A DNA stretch of 64,000 bases from Tubiluchus corallicola (lineage: Eukaryota; Animalia; Priapulida), in contig JAQGDQ010000788.1 of NCBI GenBank assembly GCA_030141605.1, forward strand, positions 31,744 through 95,743, given 5' to 3'. Numbering within the stretch: position 1 is the stretch's first letter; each line of letters begins with the position of its first letter. Position numbers and translations under genes: made by a program. The notes under the pieces are model-generated. The model was not told the origin of the DNA. It saw only the letters and a list, made by a program, of their open reading frames with translations, and ran no database searches. Shown one piece after another: positions 15,520 to 28,956 of the stretch.

Positions 15520-15571
<52 letters not shown>
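15360..15571. repeat. (GA)n microsatellite
   Basis: Read directly. Confidence 0.95.
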
Positions 15572-15575
<4 letters not shown>

Positions 15576-16519
15576 TGGAAAGAAGGGTTTTTATTCTAAA
15601 ACAATAAAAATTTATACACGGTAATTCTTTTTTAACTGAACAGCAGAAACTAGAGCAAAAACAAACAGGACTTTTACAATGTATGCAAAAAAAGAAAAGT
15701 TATTATAATAACAGGTAATTTGTGTCGTGTCGCGTCGTGTCGTGTCGTGTCGTGTCCAATCAACGATTATTACTGTAACCATAACAGTGTAATACAGTGC
15801 ATTACGACAACATTTGTTAAAAATCGCTGGCTTTATTTTGATCTAATTATTACCCATGAATAGCTTGTCTTGAATGGTGGCCAAGATAAATGAAATTAGT
15901 CTACTTGATGACGTCACGATGACGAATATATCATACATTTCAGTGTTAATTAGCTAATTGCATTGCTCTGCTTCGTGTAGGCTGTTAAATATTTATGATT
16001 ATAACATCAATGTTGAATTGAACTGACAGTAGCAGTCGCGTGCACCATCCCATGACGTCACAAGAATTTCGTCACGTGATTACTTTTCACCTTGTAACCT
16101 GAAAAATTTGGACAAGTACGTTTGCCCGGTGCATTAATATCGGTTAGAACTATTAGGTTGCGACCCTAAAGGACAAGAAAGCACTCTTCATCAATAAAAC
16201 TTGAAAAAATTCGTTTTTAAATTTTATGTCACTTACACGCTGTCCTATGCATCGTGAATTCCCGCGACGGCCGTTAAGCGCAGCCATTTTAACAGCAAAT
16301 CGTTTGAAATAAGTTTAGATAACATTACGCAAAATTTGAAAAAATGATCACAGCATTCGCAGCGCACTCTTCACTAACTAAGCAAAAGTTTAAATTACTT
16401 TATTTGTCAATAAGGTTAAAAATAGTTTTTGGTGAATCAGAGTTGCATGCCGGGAAGGTAAATCAGTGACATTTCACCTGTTGGCGCGAACATTTTAAAT
16501 GATTAAGAATTTTCTTTAT

Positions 16520-16810
16520 GCAATACAATACCATACCATACCATACCATACCATACCATACCATACCATACCATACCATACCATACCATACCATACCATA
16601 CCATACCATACCATACCATACAATACAATACAATACAATACAATACAATACAATACAATACAATACAATACAATACAATACAATACAATACAATACAATA
16701 CAATACAATACAATACAATACAATACAATACAATACAATACAATACAATACAATACAATACAATACAATACAATACAACACAACACAACACAACACAACA
16801 CAATACAATA
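16520..16810. repeat. Pentanucleotide microsatellite (CCATA)n-(CAATA)n-(CAACA)n
   Basis: Read directly. It sits just after aataaa of the minus-strand LINE fragment. Confidence 0.95.
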
Positions 16811-17460
16811 CCTTTATTTAACATCCGTTTTCAGAAAATAAATCATTAGCCTACAGGTTGTTTTCACATAATATTAAAAACAACGACATAATATTAAAAA
16901 CAAAGACATAATATTAAAAACAAAGAAAGTTGTTTACAAATAATATAACATAAAATACCGTACACGCATCACCACTTACACTCGCGGGTTTAAGCACATA
17001 CTACATTTCTCACTCACCGGAATTCACACGTCCACTCCACACTCACTCACTCATTCACTCTCACCCACCCCATTCACTCTACGCAAAATTTACACCTGTT
17101 ACAATTACACGAAGGTGGTTTCTAGATAAGACTTGAAACTTTCTAAAACATTACAAACAGTTTAGGAACCAATGCTAAAGTTTGGCACCCTTATAGTGAA
17201 TTTAGTCTATAACATGTGATTCTACAATGACTCATTTCAAATAAATTTTACCGTCTGAGGTTTTAGGAGGAAGTTCTCACTTTGATAAGATCCCACATAA
17301 AAGGAGGCGCTATCTTATTTATAACTTTAAAAACTAAAAGATAATTGCTTATTTCTTGCAACAGCAGCCTAGACAAATCTGCCCGTTCAAACAGTGATTC
17401 ATAGTTAGAAATTTAATCATTGCAATCTTTCCCAATTATATAAATCTTTCAAGCAGGTAA
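16811..17460 (-). mobile_element. Degenerate CR1/L2/Crack-group LINE 3' fragment
   Basis: Minus-strand remnants LVFKVINKIAPP and YKGAKL, then a 3' UTR and aataaa. Confidence 0.5.
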
Positions 17461-17559
17461 AGGTAATGCAAGGTAACATAACTTTGTGCGGAAAGTTACT
17501 TAAAAATTGCCTTTTCTTCCCCTTTTAAAAAGTTATGATATATACATGTTTAAATCTAC

Positions 17560-18190
17560 TTTGGTACCGTATATATATTTTATATATTAATTCTTTATTT
17601 GTCATTAAAATGGTTCACTCATTATAATAAAATTGAGTAAGCCTCAGCGTAATGTTAAAATAACAACACTGTTCAAGACAAATGCGTCCAGTGCTGACTA
17701 AAAAAACTAAAGTGCAAAACTAAGGCCTAATTATATACAATAAATGAACATATTTACAAGCACCATATTAAAATATTTTTACAAAACAATATTACAAAAG
17801 CACATTAAATTTTACATGACATATTTTACACTATATATACATTTGACATGACACAATTAACAGAAACATGCTTTACATTACATAAATTTCACTCATTACA
17901 TTTACACTATTTATACATTTGACATTAAAAAACTAACATAACACGTATTACATTACATAATTTTTTTAAAAAATTTCATTTTTAATCGTTTTATGGAGTC
18001 AGGGGCGAGGGTAGATAAAAGTTGAGTCTGAAAGTGTAATTAGTATCTGATGCACAATGTGGAAGTTGAAAAAAGTTATATTGATATTCTTTTAATTTCT
18101 TTTTAAAGTGGTGGAGAGATTCTATTTGTTTTATTTCACTGGGTAGTAAGTTCCATAAATGTATGGCCTGTTTTGATATAGAGCTATACC
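17560..18190 (-). mobile_element. L2/Crack-group LINE 3' end with a long 3' UTR
   Basis: ORF end KQAIHLWNLLPSEIKQIESLHHFKKKLKEY. The 3' UTR recurs, nearly identical and inverted, at 47808-48235. Confidence 0.75.
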
Positions 18191-18649
18191 ACTCTCCGGG
18201 TAACATGCTACAGTACACACTACACACACAGACACACGTTAGCTAATTCATCTAAAACCTAATCACCAGAACGAATTATTTCTCTGTGTTCATGCAACAC
18301 AACTACTCGCCAAAGCTCTCAGGGGTGCAGTGGTGTTTAATAATTAACAGGATTCTCCCCTTGAAAACTACTCGGAATTATAACACATAAAATGACGCTG
18401 TTCAAAAGCTTTGTAGAGTTTGTGCATCCAATACACGGCGGCGACTTTTCTCATTCATGTTTAAGAGCATTAAAATACGTTATACTGGTGATTTTCATAC
18501 TAGATGAGGTCATCAATTCTTGCTTAATACTTTTGTACAAGAAAAAATTTTGTTACGCCTATCGCATGTTTTTAGATGAACGTAATAGTAATGTAGTAAG
18601 GATGATGGAAAGATAATGGAGATAGAATCAGTAACACTTATGCTATTGT

Positions 18650-19190
18650 TAATCTTAAATTAATGTTAATGCTAATGTTAATTATAGTGTTGATGTTAAA
18701 TTAATGTTAAATCAATGTTAATGTTAAATTAATGTTAAATTAATGTTAATGTTAATTGTAATGTTAATATTAATTTTAATGTTAAATTAATGTTAAATCA
18801 ATGTTAATGTTAATTGTAATGTTAAATTAATGTTAAATCAATGTTAATGTTAATTGTAATGTTAATGTTAATTTTAAACTTAAATTAATGTTAAATCAAT
18901 GTTAATGTTAATTGTAATGTTAAATTAATGTTAAATCAATGTTAATGTTAATTTTAAACTTAAATTAATGTTAATGATATTGTTAATATTAATGTTAAAT
19001 TAATATTAATGCTAATATTAAAGATAAATTAATCTTAATGCTAACGTTAATGCTTATGTTTGTAATGATAATTGCAATTGAATTACAGCAGTAATAAGTT
19101 TGGTATCGTAATGTTAACAACGGTAATATTAACGGTAATGCTAAAGGACAATTTGGACACCAAGTTTTACGCTGCACATTAACATTAATA
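18650..19190. repeat. AT-rich degenerate satellite based on (AATGTT)n
   Basis: Read directly. Confidence 0.85.
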
Positions 19191-19264
19191 TTTCAAATGG
19201 TACAACATAAATCTTAATTAAAGGTAATTTATGTGTTTTCCATCACACTTTCAATTTACCTGCC

Positions 19265-19570
19265 TATTTTTTTAGTTTATTATTATCACATTCAGTGCAA
19301 TATAATGACATTAAGCACACAGTGACGTCAAAATTATTACGTCATACTGTATTAAATTATTATTTTTCATACACTATCGTTATCATAAACGAATAATTGT
19401 ACTGCAGTGGGCTAGAGAAGCAAAGGCTTGTATAAGCCCACTGCCATGTGAACCTGATAAAAAAAGAATGGATGAGTGAACAAAAAAAAAGAACTGGGAG
19501 AAAGGTTAGATCACACAGGAAGGGTAGAAGGATGTGTTAGTGGAAATGGTAGGAAGAAAGATAATAGATT
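19265..19570 (+). mobile_element. Dispersed repeat resembling a LINE 3' UTR; second copy inverted at 45172-45475
   Basis: Near-identical ~300 bp pair with hairpin cagtgggct...agcccactg. Confidence 0.75.
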
Positions 19571-19799
19571 GCGAATAAACAAACCTGTATCAACTTTTAT
19601 GACCTCCTCATCAATCTTACATTCATTACATAATAATTGATCAATGTACATACGTGCATTTTAAAGTTAAAGAAAAGTACAAGTTGTGATGGGTTTATTT
19701 TAAATCTATCACTTAAACTTAGAAAAAAATGACAGAGAAACTTGCAAAAACTGTCTGTATTCCATAAAATTCATTTTTACTGCAGCTGTATGGATATTT

Positions 19800-20190
19800 T
19801 CAAGTGCTGTGGTAACCGCCATTCACTAGAAAATTATGACGTAACTGGTGGACTTCGTGACTTTTCGTAAGTGGATCGTGTTTCCATAAGCGCGCGCTGC
19901 TTATGTTAATTCAAGCTTACCTAAAGTTCGTGCAAAAATATCACATAATTAGCTATCTATTTTTTGCAAAATAAAACTTTTGACGGATGCTGATTGCTTT
20001 TCTTGAATGACATCATTGGTGGAAGAATGATGAGCGTTCAAAACGGTGAGCGCTCAAGCATGAAGTGATCGCGACTTTAAAGTGATTTCACTAATTACAC
20101 GAGGCGTTTATTGCAGTTTTATTTCTAAATACTGCTAACATTTTTCGCGAACACTGAAATAAGCGTAAATTTTCAGAAGACTTTACCCTT
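19800..20190 (+). mobile_element. Dispersed repeat family B (unclassified); other copies at 27510-27840 and 33665-34230
   Basis: Shared ccattcac..gaaaattatgacgtaactggtggactt...cgcgactttaaagtgattt. Confidence 0.75.
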
Positions 20191-21605
20191 CCTTTATGCA
20201 AATATACCCAATAAATATTTCAGCGACTAGCCGCTACCAAGCTGATATTTTCTCGCGGTCTTATGCAAGTTTATATTATTTTTAATTGGTATTTAATTAG
20301 AGTTTCGCATTTTTTTCTACTTTGCTAGGCAATTTTAACTTTCACATAAGCTGGGCCATAATTGCCGGATCTGCGCCGACAGATTTTATCGTATAACAAG
20401 CAGAAAAGTAGAGAAATTGCATTGTAGAAAGGGATAAACGACTTACAGCTATTCTGATGGATGACTGTGTCGACACAATCAACCAGCCGAGCCGACGTAA
20501 TCACTTAATGTATCACCTACTGGATTCAATACACGATAAACCCTGGCGGTGACATAATGCTGCCTTGTCTAACCACCCTAGTGCATGCATGGTTACGCGA
20601 TAATGGTTTAACTAATTCAATCATATATACAGCATTCACCACAATAATACTCTTATAAAAGCGGTTGATCGACATGATGATAGCTGCTTCAATATCTAAG
20701 CAGAGTGTTTCACTGTATAATTCATTTAAAAAAGGACGTTTTTTTATTTCACCATAACAGCAGGTCGTTATTAGTTTTTGATGTTTTGGATGAGTTTGCA
20801 TGAATGGTAAAACTTGGCTGAACGAATTCACTAACTTCAAAGTAAAATAATTGGTAAGTTTATCAGGCAATTTTGCCCTTATGCTTGCCAAACCATCTAA
20901 GAAATCAAAAAATAATTATGACTACCGCAATTTAATTGTTTATTGCGTATTTGTTTTTGTTTGCTTGTTTGTTTCTTGTTTGTTTGCTTGTTTGTTTCCT
21001 TTGTTGGCTATTTGATTAATACTTAGACCATCTGTGCGTCAGCCAAGATTGGTTTTTCGGTTAATCGGTCAGTCCGTTTACCTGTTTGTTTGTTTTCTAT
21101 TGATAAACGATCGAAAACGCCCATTCCATTTTAGTAATTCAAAACTAAATTGTAAGATGCAGCAACCTATTTTAAGAAAACAAATGTATCGCGGAATCTA
21201 TTCAAATGTGCTAACTTATATAAGTTATAAAAGTTATATTTATTTATTTCCACTCTGCATCTAACAGTTATAATAAAAATACAGATAAGTTCACTGAAGT
21301 AAATATAAATATAAGTGCAACATTATCCAGAAATTACAAAAGAGATTCTTATGCAGCATATACATGTGCAAATTACATTACAGAATGATGCATACAGTTT
21401 GAGCCTAAAAGCATAGCTTGACAGGCCAAACTGTACGTGGAAATCTTAAAGAAGTGATTAATAATTGAAATAATAATAATATATACATAAATGTGGGGCG
21501 GGGAAGTGAATGAAAGATGAAATGGAGCGAGAACTAAGAAAAACTGTGATCATGATTATAAAGTGTTATGTGTGATATGTTTGTATAATATGTTGCTCTG
21601 TTGTA

Positions 21606-22693
21606 TATATGTGTTTTTGTGCTTCAACCATTATACCACATATACGTGTTTTTGTGCTTCAACCATTATACCACATATACGTGTTTTTGTGCTTCAACCA
21701 TTATACCACATATACGTGTTTTGTGCCTCAACCATTATACCACATATATGTGTTTTTGTGCTTGAACCATTATACCACATATATGTGTTTTTGTGCTTGA
21801 ACCATTATACCACACATATGTGTTTTGTGCTTGAACCATTATACCACATATATGTGTTTTGTGTTTGAACCATTATACCACATATATGTGTTTTTGTGCT
21901 TGAACCATTATACCACATATACGTGTTTTTGTGCTTGAACCATTACACCACACATATGTGTTTTTGTGCTTGAACCATTATACCACATATACGTGTTTTT
22001 GTGCTTGAACCATTATACCACACATATGTGTTTTGTGCTTGAACCATTATACCACATATATGTGTTTTTGTGCTTGAACCATTATACCACATATATGTGT
22101 TTTTGTGCTTGAACCATTACACCACACATATGTGTTTTGTGCTTGAACCATTATACCACATATATGTGTTTTTGTGCTTGAACCATTATACCACATATAT
22201 GTGTTTTTGTGCTTGAACCATTATACCACATATATGTGTTTTTGTGCTTGAACCATTATACCACATATATGTGTTTTTGTGCTTGAACCATTATACCTCA
22301 TATATGTGTTTTGTGCTTGAACCATTATACCACACATATGTGTTTTTGTGCTTGAACCATTATACCACACATATGTGTTTTTGTGCTTGAACCATTATAC
22401 CTCATATATGTGTTTTGTGCTTGAACCATTATACCACACATATGTGTTTTTGTGCTTGAACCATTATACCACACATATGTGTTTTGTGCTTGAACCATTA
22501 TACCACACATATGTGTTTTGTGCTTGAACCATTATACCACATATATGTGTTTTTGTGCTTGAACCATTATACCACATATATGTGTTTTTGTGCTTGAACC
22601 ATTATACCACATATATGTGTTTTTGTGCTTGAACCATTATACCACACATATGTGTTTTTGTGCTTGAACCATTACACCACACATATGTGTTTT
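21606..22693. repeat. 34-35 bp minisatellite, about 31 copies
   Basis: Unit gtgtttttgtgcttgaaccattataccacatatat. Confidence 0.97.
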
Positions 22694-24983
22694 CTTTGTT
22701 TCGATGTAGAATGTTTCTTTAAAGACTAGTTTTTATTTGTCTCTTCTAATTTCTGCTTAATGGGTCAACAAATAAATTAGAATCTTCTGATCTTTCACCG
22801 TCCCTCTCGCCATTTTATTCAAGCCGCCTTTCTTTACAACTATAATTACTGCCTTAGACAAACGGAACAGTAAAGCAGCCAGATTGAAAAAAAATTATAT
22901 CTCTTGGAAGCAGAAAAAGTACGTAATGTAATGTAAGTTTGTGCTCAGATTAATTTTTTCCACGACTGCCTGACTTAGAAAGATTAAGATGTTTCAAAAT
23001 TACCTAAAGATGTGCTCTTCCTTCTATAAAATCGCAAAGAACCCCTTTTTCTTGACTCACAAATCTTGGCTATCAGCAAGATTACTTCGTATACAGACCT
23101 GTCCCTAGCGGATCGCTGCGTTATTTCAACGTGCTCTCGATTAAATCTTAGTAATATTACACAGATCAGACGAATTGAATTTAATCTTAATCTTCTTATA
23201 ACGAAGTCAGTCCCGGATAAACGGGGTTCGATTTTTCCTCTCAAAATTAATGCAAAATGTAACAACGTTTGCGATTGACAAAAGTAGAAAATTTTTTTTG
23301 GTTGTACAGTATAAAAATAATGGGATTCGCTCTTTCACCATTTTCCTTTTAATTCTTCAAAGACTTTAGCAAGTGGGCTTATGTTATAGGCTAGTATAGG
23401 TAGCAACCTGTGGCCATCCAAGCTGGGGGGGTGGGGGTGGGTGGTGATGGGGCTCAAGCTTTGCTAACATTTGGCAAAAATCCATTTTTTTCTCCACTTG
23501 GGTTGAAATATGCGGTAATTTTACCAGCAATAAACAGCAAAATACTGGTATTTCTCGCAGAATATTTTTATTGACAAACAAAAAATAGTTATTCTAGTTT
23601 GTTTAAAAAATTTCAGTAAATTTACTTCAAGTTGCGTAAATGTTGTTAAAATGTATGACGAGCGAAAAATATTGAGCGCTGGTGTGGGCGAGGTAGAGGG
23701 TGTTTTCCATGTGAGGGAGGGACAGAATTTCTTTAGGTCATAACGCGTCACTGCACGTCACGAGTACTAATTATAAAGGCGAAATTAATTACTAAATTTT
23801 ATCTGTTTAACCATGAATGTCAGATTTAGGTTGCTCAAATTTTGTGCAAATAAATTCGTACAGATGTCACTTATTGTGTAGTGTGAAATTATTACACTTA
23901 GGGTGAATATCATTCTAGTGTAGGCCTATTTGTATAATTTGTTACTTTAAATTATCTAACAGCCACTAAATAAGTCTGTGAACAAAACGACTATCTGAAA
24001 ATACGATAATCCGAAAATATGGGGGTTGATCATAATTTGAACAAAATTTTATTATAAAAAGTCCTTTATAAAAATAATAATAGAATTAATTGTTGCCTAA
24101 AACTTCTTGTGTTTCATAATTACGTTGAAGCAGTTTACCAGACAAATTCGGAAGTTCATATCTTCGTTGGTTGAACACTAAAATATTAAAGTAAATAGTT
24201 TTGAAGAATCTCCAAGAGAGAGAGGAGGTTACTGACATTGCTAAGACAGCGCTCTTTTCCGTTTTGTTTCTGATTTTGCTTTTTATTAGTTTCATTTTCA
24301 AATAAGTTTATTAAAAAAACTTTATTCTGAAATTCACCTGTTCCGTCACGACAAATGAAGCCTTCAGTTTACCCACTTTTCTTAGTCTTACTAGATTACA
24401 ATCCGTAATTATTTTACAAAATCTCTCGCAGAACCCGGAATAAATATCGTAGCGCCATATTATATAACATTTTGTTCATAACATAAGAGAAATTGTAGGG
24501 TCAATTTGCCGACTTACCCCCAAAAAGTGCAAGAAAACGTTTTTTTATATCATTTGCTGCAGTGAATAACATATCCAAATTAGGCCGAAATTAGGGCCTA
24601 ATTGTGACGTCAAAAAAGATGGCCGCCATTTGAGCAAATCAGAATAATGAAAAAATGTGCATTTTGACTCAAAAACTTTAAACTTTGCATAGTGCTAGAG
24701 CTTATTAAGGTGATTAATTTTGATTATTTAGTCAATCGGAATTCGGCCGAAATTTTCAATATAATCAACTACGTGGCTGTTATTAGCTTATAAGGGCTAT
24801 ATTTTAGCTACCTAACGCTTTCTTGCATTTGGGGGGGGTGGTAGGGCTATTATTTCCAATTTATTGACCTTAGTAAAAGTAAAAATTGCGCGCGAACACT
24901 TTCAGATTGCACTTGCTAAACACAAAACAACAAATTCAAGTTCTAAAAACATAACCTTTGTCACTGGAATATAAATTCAGTAA

Positions 24984-25620
24984 AATTCATGAATAGTTTT
25001 TCATTGTTTATCAACAAGTCAATGGGAAACAGACGCTGTCTTACCTTGTAACATAATTCATGAATAGTTTTTCATTGCTTATCAACAAGTCAAAGGAAAC
25101 AGACGCTGTCTTACCTTGTAACATAATTCATGAATAGTTTTTCATTGTTTATCAACAAGTCAAAGGAAATCAGACGCTGTCTTACCTTGTAACATAATTC
25201 ATGAATAGTTTTTCATTGTTTATCAACAAGTCAAAGGAAATCAGACGCTGTCTTACCTTGTAACATAATTCATGAATAGTTTTTCATTGTTTATCAACAA
25301 GTCAAAGGAAATCAGACGCTGTCTTACCTTGTAACATAATTCATGAATAGTTTTTCATTGTTTATCAACAAGTCAATGGGAAACAGACGCTGTCTTACTT
25401 GTAACATAATTCATGAATAGTTTTTCATTGTTTATCAACAAGTCAATGGGAAACAGACGCTGTCTTACTTGTAACATAATTCATGAATAGTTTTTCATTG
25501 TTTATCAACAAGTCAATGGGAAATCAGACGCTGTCTTACCTTGTAACATAATTCATGAATAGTTTTTCATTGTTTATCAACAAGTCAATGGGAAATCAGA
25601 CGCTGTCTTACCTTGTAACA
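24984..25620. repeat. 70-71 bp tandem repeat, 9 copies, spanning the exon-1/intron-1 junction
   Basis: Unit aattcatgaatagtttttcattgtttatcaacaagtcaatgggaaatcagacgctgtcttaccttgtaacat. The last copy overlaps the exon end. Confidence 0.95.
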
Positions 25621-25808
25621 TTGGATTTAGCGAAGCTAGCCGCTTCTACCGGCGGCCGTAACACTTTGTCCTTGAAGACGGCAAAACTTCTTCCCAAACC
25701 ACTAGTCGGTGCACCGTTTCCCATCTCGTACAACTCGTATCCGCCCGTTCCTGTCCTGGGTTCATCAGCTGGGAACGTTCCCGGTCCATATCCGTTCACT
25801 CCCGGCAT
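25612..25808 (-). CDS. VGLUT: First coding exon of a probable vesicular glutamate transporter (SLC17A6/7/8 family)
   Basis: ATG at 25808, non-repetitive and more GC-rich ORF MPGVNGYG...SFAVFKDKVLRPPVEAASFAKSNVT(R), ending at a strong donor AAG|GTAAGA in phase 2. FAVFKDKVLRP resembles the vertebrate VGLUT3 N-terminus (AFDTFKEKILKP), and as I recall vertebrate VGLUT exon 1 also ends on a split Arg codon. Transmembrane exons are not seen in the window, so the family call rests on a short motif. Confidence 0.6.
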
Positions 25809-26330
25809 TTTTCACTTGAAAACTTCACGCGTAAGAATAGCGGATGGATGATTTTGTGAAAGACGCGTGAAAAGAAGCCAGCCAGCGCGCTAATGCAAAC
25901 AGCTATTGTTGTTAAATTCCGTCACGAATTAGGGGCAACAATGCGCCCTACTCACACCACGTTTTCCTGTCCACATTGTTGCTTTTTTAAACTTTTCACA
26001 AATTTTTCTCTCTAAAGTTTCGCTCCGTTTTACACTCCCATCTCTTGTCATCAGTTGGGCACGAAGAAGCCAAAGAAAAGCTTCCGCAGAGGAGCTGATG
26101 ATGTCATGCGTGGGCTGAGGAAGCCCTTGGACCTTTGTAATTCACCCGGTGGCTGGTGCAACAATAGCAGAAGTAGGAAAAGCGCGAGAATGGAATAAAG
26201 TATGCAGTGGAATCAACGCCCACTGACTGTCTAATGATTGGCTATCTACAGTCACGTGATCTATCTATTACGCGCCTCCATTAGCGACTATTAAATTAGT
26301 ATGTTTCGCACCTATAATATAAGCCTGCAA
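25809..26330 (-). promoter_or_regulatory. Putative 5' UTR and proximal promoter of the VGLUT-like gene
   Basis: Unique, CpG-containing sequence upstream of the ATG, with CCAAT (minus strand, 26237-26241) and an E-box GTCACGTGAT (26251-26260). The TSS cannot be located. Confidence 0.35.
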
Positions 26331-26744
26331 TTATGAACCTGTCTGCCATGCTCTTGTTTTTACTCGTAGATGCTTTCAAAACGACTTCCCACTTTCTCAC
26401 TGCGAGACACTCAGATAATTCTCAGTCTGCGCAGCCGGGTCTCCTGTTGCAATTTTCACAGCGCAGAAGAATTGTTTAACGCAAACAATTTCCAGCCGCA
26501 AACAACTCGTCTGGCACCGAGGAAGCGAGTTTTTTCGCCTTAGATTCGACAAATTTAATTCAGAGGTGGCAATCGCGGGATTCGTTTTAATTTGGGATGA
26601 GGAACATGGTTTGATCCAGGTTCCAGAATCGGGATCGATGAAAATGCGTGATCCAATACTGTTCAAAATTGTACCGTTGTACTATACAAATTAGGCATTG
26701 TATCGCTATATCATCTAATGTACTATTTAGTTAGCTTAAACATA

Positions 26745-27395
26745 ATTTATTTAGGATTGGATCAGACAGTTTGTACAGCATGATTGAAGATCCTCACCAC
26801 AACAGACTTTATACACTATTTACAAGAACATTTACAGTAAGAATAAACTATACTTAGTTTTTAGTATACTTTAGTATACTAAAGTTTTACTACAATGATA
26901 CATTAGACATTAGTAAAAAATGACTGTTAGTAAATATTAATGTACGATTATTTAAGACTGATGCATTTCATATCAGATAGAAACTACTGGAAGCGTTTAG
27001 TACGTAATATAAAGTCATGTATACATTGGAATATTTTACAGTTAGCAACATAGTTAAATTCATCTTTTCCGAATAATAACAACTTCAACAGATCATTAGT
27101 TCCTAAGGCAGCTATATTAAGGTTTTCAGGCAGAAGTATTTCATTTAGTTTATCAAACATAACAACCCTAGTTTGTTGATACAATGGGCAGTGCAACAAA
27201 AAGTGTTCAACAGACTCAAATCGAAATCCACAGTTACAATTCGGCAATATTGGATGACCGTTATTATCTTTACAGCCTTTAGAGAAAAGGTCATAGTTTA
27301 GCTGAGAAAATCCGATTCTCATGCGCGTATGATGCACTGATATTGGAGGTTTACCAAATGAAAATGTACTATTTAAATTCAAATATTAAAGGAAA
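26745..27395 (-). mobile_element. CR1/L2-group LINE 3' fragment with a C-terminal zinc finger
   Basis: ORF 26984-27382: HTRMRIGFSQLNYDLF...CNCGFRFESVEHFLLHCPLY...FILRTKRF, followed by a 3' UTR. Confidence 0.8.
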
Positions 27396-28073
27396 AGACA
27401 AATCACATACCACATTGTCTTCATTTTACTGTCATCATTTAAACTAATGAAAATACAACAAATAATTACGCACTCAAACTGCCTATAAAGCGGTAGGGAA
27501 TGGAAATTTGTAGCCACCATTCACGTGAAAATTATGACGTAACTGGTGGACTTTGTGATTTTTCGTAAGCGCATTATGACTTTGCTCAAGCGCTTGCTGC
27601 TTAAACTAGTTCAAATTTCTGCAACAGCTTAGCTAATGTTCTTGCAAAAATATACAAAATTTGTTGTGCATTTTTTCGTAAAAACCTACCATACTTTCGA
27701 AAGTAGACCGCGCGATGCCTTTCTTCTGTCAATGACCGTTCAAAATGGGAGCGCGCAAGCGTCAAATAATCGCGACTTCAAACTGATTTTACTAAATATA
27801 GGTGTCGCTTTTCACACTTTTGTTACTAAAACCTTCTGACATTTGAGCCTAACGTCCCTGAGGGGTTGAGCTTTCCTTTAACAAGCCATTTAATTTCTTA
27901 CAATCATCTTGTAATAAAACAAGGCAAAATCATCCTCTGAAGCTTTCGTGTGTCGAACTTGGACATTTTTTGTCAATTGCCGAGTTGTACAGTTTTGGAA
28001 CTCATTGCCTGTATAATTATGTTCATGTCGTGACTGCACAAAATACTGAGTTACTTAAAAGCTGCTTAAATAA

Positions 28074-28570
28074 CGGCGCGTTGACACTAACCAGTATTCT
28101 CGCCAAGTTAACTTGCCAAATAACTCGCAAACGTGTTCAGACTAGAGAGCAAAACTTTCAGCGAGTTACTCTCTGACAGTAAGCACGAGCCGACACTCAC
28201 TTCTCTACACTCTCAATGAAGTGTCCAGAGTAACTCGCCGAGGAGTTCACACTAGACAGTAACTCACAAGCGTGTTTAGACTAGAGAGCAAAACTTGCTG
28301 CGAGTTACTCTGTGACAGTAAGCGCGAGCCGACACTCACTTCTCTATTCACTGCGAGAAGTGTAGAGAGTAACTAGCTAAGACGTTCACACTAGACAGTA
28401 ACTCACAAGCGTGTTCAGACTAGAGAGCAAAACTTGCAGCGAGTTACTCTCTGACAGCAAGTGCAAGCCGACACTCACTTCTCTACACTCTGCAAGAAGT
28501 GTCGAGAGTAACTCGCCTCACACCAGACAGTAACTCGCCGAGGCGTTCACACTAGACAGTAACTCGCAGG
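28074..28570. repeat. ~139 bp tandem repeat (about 3 copies) built from Harbinger-like terminal motifs
   Basis: Units start near 28121, 28260 and 28399, and contain gcgttcacactag / gtgttcagactag, which match the TIR at 63450-63600. Confidence 0.7.
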
Positions 28571-28956
28571 AAACTAACTCCCTGCAAATGTATTGACTAC
28601 ATTATTTTAAGTGTGTCATTGTTTTTTCAGGATTATATTGAATGTAAAATGAGTTAACGTTTTGTTTCGAAAACAGCGATTAAGAGATGACTTTTTAAAC
28701 GTTCCCTTTGATTGCTCTGCAGGAAGCATGTGCTTTAATCTCGCATTGTCTTATTTTGACGTCATTTTACGGAAAACTACTTACAGTCTAAAGATACGTC
28801 TTTTTAGTAGTCATAACAGTTTGATAAAGGAAATTTTTAACTGTGATTGTATCTTTTTATCTAGAATTTATCAATATTGGATAAATCTGTTATATCCAGA
28901 AAACATCTATTGATTTTAAATCATCAATCTTAAATCTTTAATTTAATAATTATATA

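Noticed and set aside
16091-16098. 8 nt minus-strand microexon candidate ttttcag|GTTACAAG|gtgaaa, identical to the end of exon 1
   Set aside because: Weak donor, short pyrimidine tract and non-triplet length; plausible by chance.
21606-22693. CRISPR-like appearance of the 35-48 bp arrays (also 8043, 11839, 29760, 50135)
   Set aside because: Units are head-to-tail with no unique spacers, there are no cas genes, and the context is eukaryotic.
25555-25851. 98 aa plus-strand ORF
   Set aside because: Antisense shadow of the minus-strand exon, starting inside the tandem repeat.
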